Source: Octopus bimaculoides (taxonomy: Eukaryota). From it: a DNA stretch of 36,443 bases. Both the position numbers and the translations under genes were made by a program. The notes beneath the pieces are model-generated. The model saw only the letters and a program-made list of their open reading frames with translations. It made no database searches and was not told where the DNA came from. The stretch lies in assembly GCF_001194135.2 (NCBI RefSeq), contig NC_068983.1:61911066-61947508 (forward strand), in the 5' to 3' direction. Of the stretch, positions 24,022-33,358 are shown piece after piece (positions within the stretch are counted from its first letter, which is position 1; every line of letters starts with the position of its first letter).

Positions 24022-24460
24022 TGTGTAAGAGTGTAGGTATATATTTTTGAGATCACTCTTGGTGAAATATAGCGTCTTTGGCTAGAGGTTCCAAACTGTA
24101 GTGTTTTAAGCTCCTTGACTCTTGTTAATGAGTTGTACCCCTCTTAGCAACTCTCTTACGTAAATTTCTGCAGTGTACTTGCCTTTTTGCAGTTCAACTT
24201 GTTTCTTGTTTCTGTATACATTTGCTGCTTTCTTCCAAGGAATCTGATGCTCTTAGCTTAGTTTATCCTTGGGGCTGGCCAGATTGGAACAATATCAAGT
24301 ATAACCAGCTGAAATTGCAAAGATAATCTGGATCTCGACTGAGGAAAGAAAATTCTGAATGACCTGTCATTGTTTTCTTTGTATCATCTATCTGGATGTT
24401 TTATTGTCCCTTTCTTGTATCACCTAACTGTATAGATGTTTTGCGTTCTTGTCCCATTTT
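24022..24460 (-). mobile_element. Probable Penelope-like element 5' fragment
   Basis: ATG at 24221 gives MYTETRNKLNCKKASTLQK, then after frameshifts VRELLRGYNSLTRVKELKTLQFGTSSQRRYISPRVISKIYTYTLT; the end resembles the VINLS.Y.LT region of Penelope N-termini (weak, from memory). Confidence 0.35.
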
Positions 24461-24465
24461 GCATT

Positions 24466-24502
<37 letters not shown>

Positions 24503-26401
24503 CATACATACATACATACATACATACACACACACNNNNNNNNNNNNNNNNNNNNNNNNNNNNNNNNNNNNNNNNNNNNNNNNNNNNNNNNNNNNNNNNN
24601 NNNNNNNNNNNNNNNNNNNNNNNNNNNNNNNNNNNNNNNNNNNNNNNNNNNNNNNNNNNNNNNNNNNNNNNNNNNNNNNNNNNNNNNNNNNNNNNNNNNN
24701 NNNNNNNNNNNNNNNNNNNNNNNNNNNNNNNNNNNNNNNNNNNNNNNNNNNNNNNNNNNNNNNNNNNNNNNNNNNNNNNNNNNNNNNNNNNNNNNNNNNN
24801 NNNNNNNNNNNNNNNNNNNNNNNNNNNNNNNNNNNNNNNNNNNNNNNNNNNNNNNNNNNNNNNNNNNNNNNNNNNNNNNNNNNNNNNNNNNNNNNNNNNN
24901 NNNNNNNNNNNNNNNNNNNNNNNNNNNNNNNNNNNNNNNNNNNNNNNNNNNNNNNNNNNNNNNNNNNNNNNNNNNNNNNNNNNNNNNNNNNNNNNNNNNN
25001 NNNNNNNNNNNNNNNNNNNNNNNNNNNNNNNNNNNNNNNNNNNNNNNNNNNNNNNNNNNNNNNNNNNNNNNNNNNNNNNNNNNNNNNNNNNNNNNNNNNN
25101 NNNNNNNNNNNNNNNNNNNNNNNNNNNNNNNNNNNNNNNNNNNNNNNNNNNNNNNNNNNNNNNNNNNNNNNNNNNNNNNNNNNNNNNNNNNNNNNNNNNN
25201 NNNNNNNNNNNNNNNNNNNNNNNNNNNNNNNNNNNNNNNNNNNNNNNNNNNNNNNNNNNNNNNNNNNNNNNNNNNNNNNNNNNNNNNNNNNNNNNNNNNN
25301 NNNNNNATATATATATATATATATATATATATACGTATGTACACACACACGCACACGCACACACACACACTCACACACACACACACACATATACATCGCA
25401 CACGCATGTACATACAAGACATACATATTTGTATTCTTCCATACATATTAGTAAACATATGTATGTCTTTGTATCAGTATATACATAGATATGTGCTCCA
25501 ATATATAACTACGAAGATTGATGACAGTTATACTGATTGATGGATAGATATATAGTCAGGTACATCAATGCATATATAAACATACACACATATGCACATA
25601 TACACCCACATAAATCACACACACAAATACACACACACTTATTGGAATGATGAAAAAAAGAATATCATTTAAAATTTTGAATTGTTTGAAGAATAAAAGA
25701 CTCTGACCACGGAATCGGATGCTGCTTTCCGTTATAAGTGAGTATCTTTATTAAAAGCGGAAACGCACCATTTCCACAAGAATGATAGCAATGCAATAAA
25801 ACATATATAATTCTTTGTAATTTCTTGTAGACGACATTTACAGTATTTTCTTGCGATTTGTCTTTCAGCTGTAAACTAATACAAAATTAGTTACTCGTCA
25901 ATTTGAATTTTGATTTCCATTATAGTTAATGAAGCAGATGAAGACTGAAAAAAGTGCGAAAACGAAATAAAAGAAAGTTAATTCGATTATTTATACCATT
26001 CTTTCAACTCTTCTCAGCATAGTGTGCAAATGGAATTGCTATTAAAGTTGGTTAAAGGCAATGTATGAAGTTCGAGAGTGACTTATTGACAGGAACTTAT
26101 CAACTTTGAATCACGTAGGACTATTGTTCCGTGTTGAAGAAATTCATAACAGCAGATGTAGACAATGATGTGAAATAAAGAGGCAGGATTTCTCTGACAG
26201 CATTCACATTTATGAGATTTTCGTATTTGATTATCAATTTGTAGACGCTTACACACACATACACACATATCTTAATATATATATATATATATATATATAT
26301 TTAATATATGTGTATATATGGAAAGGTGGTGGGTATGCTTGAGTGTAACATACATATCTGTGTGTCTGTCAGTCTATTTGGCTCTCTTTCCACATAACTG
26401 C

Positions 26402-26403
<2 letters not shown>

Positions 26404-26462
<59 letters not shown>
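26404..26462. repeat. (TATC)n microsatellite
   Basis: Direct reading. Confidence 0.95.
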
Positions 26463-26698
26463 GTTCAGGCCTTTTCCTTGGGATGTCTACTATATAAGGA
26501 CTTTAACCCACGTGGATATACGCAGGATTGCACCTAAGAACTCATGCCTTAGTTTCTATAACTTCGGAAAGTTGAACTATGAACTTTTATGTCTCTATTT
26601 TCTTCTTTTTTTCTATCTTCTTATTCTCTTACTCCCTTCCTCTATGTCATTATCTTTTTGATGTATACCATTCTCATTTTCCATATTTTTTCCCCAAT

Positions 26699-26757
26699 TT
26701 GTCTCTGATGACGAATATCCCATATTGGAGGATATCCCAGAAACAGCTGTAAGATAG
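26699..26757 (+). ncRNA. Type I hammerhead ribozyme motif (Penelope-type), proximal stem II degenerate
   Basis: CTGATGA 26705-26711; stem II ATATCC/GGATAT; GAAA 26740-26743; palindromic stem III AC-AGCT-GT; GTA cleavage triplet; stem I TTGTCT/AGATAG. Confidence 0.75.
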
Positions 26758-27085
26758 AAGTCCAAATGGGCAACAAAACGTGCGAAGTACGTGGGAGCAA
26801 CTGAAGGCCCCTTCAGAAGCCGCTATAACAATCACAAGTTCTCCTTCGACATCCCGGAGAGACGTAACGCAACAAACCTGAGGAAGCGTCACTGAGTACA
26901 GCATAAACTGGAAGATACTAAAGAAATGTAAAGCGTACTTCAATAGCAGCAGGAAGTGCAGATAATGTCTGGCTGAGAAAAGGGCGATTTTAAAGAGCTC
27001 CCATTGCCAAGGCATTTACCTGAATAGCAGAAGTGAAATTTTTAATCCTTGCTCACATGAAATACATCCTATCATATTTGCGTGC
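26758..27085 (+). mobile_element. Penelope-like element, C-terminal GIY-YIG endonuclease fragment (pseudogenised)
   Basis: KYVGATEGPFRSRYNNHKFSFDIPERRNATNL / TEYSINWKILKKCKAYFNSSRKCR*CLAEKRAILKSSHCQGIYLNSRSEIFNPCSH matches YIG.TE..FK.RY.NH..SF...W.IL...Y.....C.LC..EK..I....LN.RSE...C.H. Confidence 0.85.
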
Positions 27086-27627
27086 CCCATCGAAACTATA
27101 ATGACTAGTCCCCCAACTTCGGCCCTCCACCAATACCTGAGAGTCCGGCAAGGAATTTGAGCAGAACACACATTGCCGCACCCACAAACAAACACATATG
27201 CCCTACCACGGCTGACACCCACCCAAGAGACTCCCCTCACCAATATAAGCTCTCAGTCACTGTACCCCTACACTCACTGCATGTTTAAATAAATGCTCGA
27301 CGAATTTAATCAAAACATAAAAGAGAGGAAACACCTTAACGAACACAGGTGTATATACCTCTACCGTCGCAAAGGCTATACATATTATACCTCTATACAC
27401 ATTCCATTTCCACAAGAATACCAACCTTAAAAACATACACGTTTCCTACAAGCTCTTTTCCAGAAAACTTATGCCGACTTGTAACTCACCACCAGAGACA
27501 ATGATTTGATACAAAAGGACATAGCTTAGTGCCCTGCTCGATTCGTTTCATCATCCTTTTTACAGCAACCACAAGCCAGATGTGTCTATTCACCTTCAAT
27601 AATAGAGAACAGTCACCGTATTTCATT

Positions 27628-27732
27628 CCATAACGGTTATCTCTGAAGAGTGCAGGGTTACATAATCGGATTGTTACCTACACTCCATTGAACCCCCAGT
27701 GCCAAACCGATTAGTTAGGTCGGCTGTTAATG
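27628..27732 (+). ncRNA. Second, degenerate hammerhead-like motif at the Penelope 3' end
   Basis: CTGAAGA 27643-27649; GGGTT/AACCC in stem II; CAAA in place of GAAA; ACC/GGT stem III; GTC triplet at 27719-27721. Confidence 0.4.
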
Positions 27733-27755
27733 GGTATATAATACTGTACATTTCG

Positions 27756-27830
<75 letters not shown>

Positions 27831-28344
27831 NNNNNNNNNNTTAGTCCTGCTGCGATGCACCGTGGACAAACGTCTTCTATTATAACCTCGGGTTGAATAA
27901 TTTGTAATTGGATTTAGTTGAGAGAAACTGACAGAAGCTCGTTGAAAATCTTTTGTTACCATATTTCTATTCTATTGAAATACACTTTATTTCAATTAAT
28001 TTTTAAAATAATGAAGAATTTACAAAAAATAACTTCGTCATTACTGAATACGATTTTGGAACAAAATAACATAAAATTGCGATGAATATTTTAATTCAGA
28101 TAACTTTGAAACAAGGAAATTCATGTCGTTAGAACCAAGAACAATCTGCATTGGATTTTTTCTTCCTTTATTTTGTTGTAGGCAAAGAATATTCCTTGAT
28201 GCGTTATCCAATGTGTCCTACGCCGTTTAAGATAGTGGTAGCATTGAGTTGGAGAGAGATTTGGCACGTACAGACTTTCCACTAGATTTGTAATCTCAGT
28301 AAACTTTAACATGTTTCTTGTAATTACTTAGTATTAATATGGAA

Positions 28345-28590
28345 TATGCATTCATCTTATTTCTGTATTGACCACAAGGGACTAAACATAGAGGGGACAA
28401 ACAAGGACAGACAAAGGGATTAAGTCGATTAGATCGACCCCAGTGCGAAACTGGTACTTAATTTATCGACCCTGAAAGGATGAAAGGCAAAGTCGACCTC
28501 GGCGGAATTTGAACTCAGAACGTAACGGCAAACGAAATACCGCTGAGCATTTCGCCCGGCATGCTGACGTTTCTGCCAGCTCACCGCATT
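28345..28590 (-). mobile_element. SINE family B (longer-tail variant)
   Basis: GAAAGGATGAAAGGCAAAGTCGACCTCGGCGGAATTTGAACTCAGAACGTAAC...GCATTTCGCCCGGCATGCTGACGTTTCTGCCAGCTCACC. Confidence 0.9.
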
Positions 28591-29404
28591 CATCTTACCG
28601 ACTTCGGTCTGCCGTCAGATGTAGCCTCTTCGAGTATCTAAGTTTAGATTTNNNNNNNNNNNNNNNNNNNNNNNNNNNNNNNNNNNNNNNNNNNNNNNNN
28701 NNNNNNNNNNNNNNNNNNNNNNNNNNNNNNNNNNNNNNNNNNNNNNNNNNNNNNNNNNNNNNNNNNNNNNNNNNNNNNNNNNNNNNNNNNNNNNNNNNNN
28801 NNNNNNNNNNNNNNNNNNNNNNNNNNNNNNNNNNNNNNNNNNNNNNNNNNNNNNNNNNNNNNNNNNNNNNNNNNNNNNNNNNNNNNNNNNNNNNNNNNNN
28901 NNNNNNNNNNNNNNNNNNNNNNNNNNNNNNNNNNNNNNNNNNNNNNNNNNNNNNNNNNNNNNNNNNNNNNNNNNNNNNNNNNNNNNNNNNNNNNNNNNNN
29001 NNNNNNNNNNNNNNNNNNNNNNNNNNNNNNNNNNNNNNNNNNNNNNNNNNNNNNNNNNNNNNNNNNNNNNNNNNNNNNNNNNNNNNNNNNNNNNNNNNNN
29101 NNNNNNNNNNNNNNNNNNNNNNNNNNNNNNNNNNNNNNNNNNNNNNNNNNNNNNNNNNNNNNNNNNNNNNNNNNNNNNNNNNNNNNNNNNNNNNNNNNNN
29201 NNNNNNNNNNNNNNNNNNNNNNNNNNNNNNNNNNNNNNNNNNNNNNNNNNNNNNNNNNNNNNNNNNNNNNNNNNNNNNNNNNNNNNNNNNNNNNNNNNNN
29301 NNNNNNNNNNNNNNNNNNNNNNNNNNNNNNNNNNNNNNNNNNNNNNNNNNNNNNNNNNNNNNNNNNNNNNNNNNNNNNNNNNNNNNNNNNNNNNNNNNNN
29401 NNNN

Positions 29405-29448
<44 letters not shown>

Positions 29449-29599
29449 TGCGTGCGGGTGATTCGGCTTCAATTCTTGATTGATACTGTTTATTTCAGTC
29501 TTCACACTATTAAAATTGTGAAAGACATCGACGCGAAAGTACCTTATTTACGAATTTCTAAACTTGTATAAGCATTAATTTTGTTTCGGCTCGACTTAC

Positions 29600-29731
29600 C
29601 TTCTTCTTTCTCTTCTCCCGCTCCTGACGGAATTTCATTAAATTCAGCATACATTTATTTGTATCAAAAGATATGTCTTCAGTCTTATTTCCCGTCTCAT
29701 TCTTGGTTTGCAACATCAATTTCGTACACAC
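29600..29731 (-). CDS. Candidate host coding exon (unknown protein)
   Basis: Consensus donor AAG|GTAAGT; open 132-nt frame VCTKLMLQTKNETGNKTEDISFDTNKCMLNLMKFRQEREKRKKK; acceptor TTTAATTAG|G, or a stronger one giving exon 29600-29835 with ATG at 29716. Confidence 0.35.
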
Positions 29732-29954
29732 CTAATTAAACGATGAGTCTTTTCAATGGGATAATTCATACGTTTCTCCACTTATACGATTAATGGCAAA
29801 TTGATTTATCGTTGTGACCTACATTTTATGGAAGTCTACAAAAACAAGAGCAGAAAACAAAGTCAGTTTAAACTAACATCTCTGCAATGAATTGATATTA
29901 ATACAAACTTAGTTGAACAATGAAGGTAGCACTGAATGCTAATAGTCGCAATCA

Positions 29955-29976
29955 GACACACACACACACACACACA

Positions 29977-30039
<63 letters not shown>

Positions 30040-30040
30040 G
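29955..30040. repeat. (CA)n-(CT)n-(CA)n compound microsatellite
   Basis: Direct reading. Confidence 0.95.
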
Positions 30041-30126
30041 CCAAAATACACATCGACACAGAGACATATATACACACAGATGACACATAACATGCAGGAA
30101 CACACACACACTCACGCATACATGTA

Positions 30127-30158
<32 letters not shown>

Positions 30159-30207
30159 TTCATTTCATTTCAAAGTTTCAGCTCAGAGCTGCGGCCATGC
30201 TGATGCA

Positions 30208-30248
<41 letters not shown>

Positions 30249-30476
30249 CCCACATACATACGCGCGCACACACATACACACACACACATTCATAAACTTG
30301 GATAGTGAGATTTAAATACAAATTGCATGATACAAAATCAGAATTTAAAATTCAATGTGCATCTTAATATATCGAAAAAGAAAAGTTAAAATACAACACG
30401 TGCATTATAGTCCAAGTTTCCTTTCACTGCTTTCCTTAGAAAGATTACAGACTGAAATATAGAAAGGAGAAAAAAC

Positions 30477-30542
30477 ATGATTGTGATGGTATATTATTTG
30501 ATTATATCGTATATTATGGCCGAATTATGTAATCTACGCCAG
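30477..30542 (+). CDS. Candidate first coding exon encoding a signal-peptide-like N-terminus
   Basis: Acceptor TTTCCTTTCACTGCTTTCCTTAG before 30440; AAAAACATG; MIVMVYYLIISYIMAELCNLRQ; donor CAG|GTAAGT. Confidence 0.3.
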
Positions 30543-30704
30543 GTAAGTTTTCAAAATCTCACTTCACCGGTGATTCGTAAGAAAACCTTGAAAACGTAAC
30601 TGGCCTGTAATGCATAATTCGGGTATTACAGTCACTGAAACGAGTGTAGGATCACGTAATTAATTAATATATATGAAACAACTCCCCAGTTTTGACCTAT
30701 ATAT

Positions 30705-30905
30705 CACATAGCTTTTAATCGTTTCAGTCATTAGACTCCTGGTATGCTGGGGTGCTGCCTTCATGAATTCTTTTTGTGGAATGAATCAACGACAGTACTT
30801 TTTTTAAGCCTTGTACTTTTTCTATCGGTGTTTTAGATGGAACCTCTAAGTTCCAGTGACATAAGCACACCAACATCAGCTATCGAGCGGTGGCGGTGAT
30901 AAACA
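30705..30905 (-). mobile_element. SINE family A, degenerate 3' half
   Basis: TTTCAGTCATTAGACT..GTATGCTGGGGTGC...AACATCAGCTATCGAGCGGTGGCGGTG is the inverse of the family A tail. Confidence 0.65.
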
Positions 30906-30914
30906 TAGACACAA

Positions 30915-30944
30915 AGATACACACACACACATACACACACACAC

Positions 30945-31001
<57 letters not shown>

Positions 31002-31020
31002 CATCCATCTATCTATCCAT

Positions 31021-31081
<61 letters not shown>

Positions 31082-31090
31082 ATATATATA
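30915..31090. repeat. (CA)n-(TATC)n-(CT)n-(TA)n compound microsatellite
   Basis: Direct reading. Confidence 0.95.
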
Positions 31091-31091
31091 T

Positions 31092-31390
31092 ATTACTCTT
31101 TTACTTGTTTCAGCTATTTTGACTGCGGCCATGCTGTGCATTTAATCGAACAAATCGACCCCAGGACTTGTTCATTGTAAGCCTACTACTTCTCTCGGTT
31201 TCGTTTGCTGAACTGCTACGTTTCGGGGACGTAAACACAGCGACATCGGTTGTCAAACAGATTTTTTTCAAATCCACTCACAAGGCTTTGGTCGGCTAGA
31301 GGCTATAGCAGAAGATCCTTAACCAATGTGCCACGCCCTGAGACTGAACCCGAAAGCATGTTGTTGGGAAGCAAGCTTCTTACCACACAA
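31092..31390 (-). mobile_element. SINE family A, near full length with internal deletion
   Basis: TACTCTTTTACTTGTTTCAG..TGACTGCGGCCATGCTG...AAATCCACTCACAAGGCTTTGGTCGG...GGGAAGCAAGCTTCTTACCACACA. Confidence 0.9.
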
Positions 31391-32405
31391 ATTCAGCATT
31401 ACTAAAATGTGACGAACGGTGCAGTGAACACTAGCATTGCTAGAAATAAGAGTCAAAAGCTCTTTAGTCACAAAAGCACATTTTCTTATTACTGGCAGCG
31501 GAGACAACCTCACCACCGAGAGAACTATGTCACTTTCGCAGCGGAGACAACCACGCCACTTTCGCATGAAGTTTAATGCTTATCAATAATGTTTACTCCA
31601 TCGCGGGTGGTGAAGTTAAATTCTATATATGTATATATGTATATGTATGTATATTTGCATATATGTGCATATATATATATATATAAATATACATACACAT
31701 ACATAAACACACACACATAATCGTTGTGTTATTCTATGATTTAAGCACATTGAAATAGTAAACGTACTTAAAGAACATTCAATTGAGTATATAACATAGA
31801 ACGTGACATAGAAGAAAAATAGGAAATGGCAAAGCTATTCAGATAAGTCAAAGTTGTGCCTGTGGAAGAAATAATAACACTAGTCATAAAGATTGTAATA
31901 GACCTTTCGTTGGGTTAATGTAATGAAATCACTGCTGTGCCAATAGATCAAATGACGTGGACTAGAATTTATAACTTCCATTGACTGTCATGAAATATTA
32001 CTTGATTAACGGAGTATAACTTTCAATAAATTGCAGAATAATCGATGAGATTTAAAAATATAAAAGTATAAGGGTAAAGTGGTTTCTCGTAATGTATGAC
32101 TCATAAACATACAGGGCCATATAAATGCACTCAGTGGACCCGTATAGCTAGCTACATTCTCATTTACATTCTTATACTCACACATAAAACAGATTCACGT
32201 GACTAATTGCTGCAACATGAAGTAAATATAAAGCAATTTACTGATTTTCGAACAAATCTTCTCGTAAACTTATCTTTCTTGAGGAAAGATTAGTTGTGAG
32301 ATAGTTTAGTATATGAAATATAATCACTATATTGTTAACTTTCAGTCACTAAAGTATCACTTCAAATTTCATTTTTATACAGATATATCTTCACCAGTTT
32401 TTCAG

Positions 32406-32438
32406 ATTTTAAGTTATCAAAGATACCAACATATTAAG
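32406..32438 (+). CDS. Candidate 33-nt symmetric exon
   Basis: Acceptor CAGTTTTTCAG, donor AAG|GTAAGT, only open frame ILSYQRYQHIK (phase 0-0). Confidence 0.2.
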
Positions 32439-33004
32439 GTAAGTTGGTAGATAGTCACAAAAGTCTCTACATGTGTTCGGTAATGAGAAATGGTAGATAA
32501 GACCCATAAATACGAGGGTTGTGAAAATCAAAGGATTAACTTTCTCAATCTAAATTGTCTTTTTTGTTAGAAGAAAAGGAGAAAAATATGTAGTGCAAAA
32601 TAGTAAACACAAACAATGCAAATTAAAAAGAATCCAGTGAATTACGCGAGGCAATCACTGCTTAGCTTATAACGGTGATACTTACACAGTGTGGACTAGC
32701 TGTGTGAAGAAGAATAATTTGAAATTTATGTCTTCGTTATTGGTCTACTACTACAGTATCAAAATGTGAACCAATAATAAATGATATCAATAGTCGCATT
32801 TAAATCAAAGTAGATACACTAACATGCTATTAATTTAATATCTGCAGATTCTAGATAAGACCTGTTAAATAGACTAGTGTTTACAGTAGAATATAATTTA
32901 TATTCTTGGCAACTCGGTTCCATAAACAAGATTCAGCTTTCGGCGGACATTAATTAAATTGTTTAAACTATGTTACGAAGCTAATATATCATCATTCTCA
33001 TATT

Positions 33005-33150
33005 TATCTTTTCTACTCTAGGCACAAGGCCCGACATTTTTTTGGTGGGTGGCAGCAGTCGATTAGGTCGACCCCAGGACGCAACTGGTACTTAATTTAT
33101 TGACCCCGAAAGGATGAAAGGCAAAGTCAACCTCGGTGGAATTTGAACTC
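33005..33150 (-). mobile_element. SINE family B, headless fragment
   Basis: CTAGGCACAAGGCCCGACATT...GACCCCGAAAGGATGAAAGGCAAAGTCAACCTCGGTGGAATTTGAACTCA. Confidence 0.9.
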
Positions 33151-33319
33151 ATCATTCTCATATGTATCACACATACAAAGTATGCAAATTTATTTGCAGT
33201 TCCTATTCTTGGTACACCTTGTATTACAGCGTCAGTAAAGTATATTTAGAAATAAATTTAGATGTCACAGAGCCAGTAAGGATCAAAAGCCACACACAAG
33301 CTTCACGTACGCACGCACG

Positions 33320-33358
<39 letters not shown>

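Noticed and set aside
24340-24372. CTGAGGA...GAATGACCTGTC as a possible hammerhead
   Set aside because: Stems I and II do not form and GAAA is absent.
24396-25540. Long ORFs (up to 363 aa) in the ORF track here and at other gaps
   Set aside because: They consist of N runs and microsatellite translations (HT/CV/IY repeats); no coding evidence.
26083-26220. CECCQRNPASLF resembling a B-box start
   Set aside because: Remaining zinc ligands are not correctly spaced and the ORF begins in a microsatellite.
27945-28140. AT-rich block resembling an octopus TTAA-type MITE family from memory
   Set aside because: No terminal inverted repeats or TTAA TSD visible in this copy.
28121-28312. 63-aa minus ORF (LKFTEITNLVESLYVPNL...)
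   Set aside because: Its acceptor phase does not match the 29600 exon and no family is recognised.
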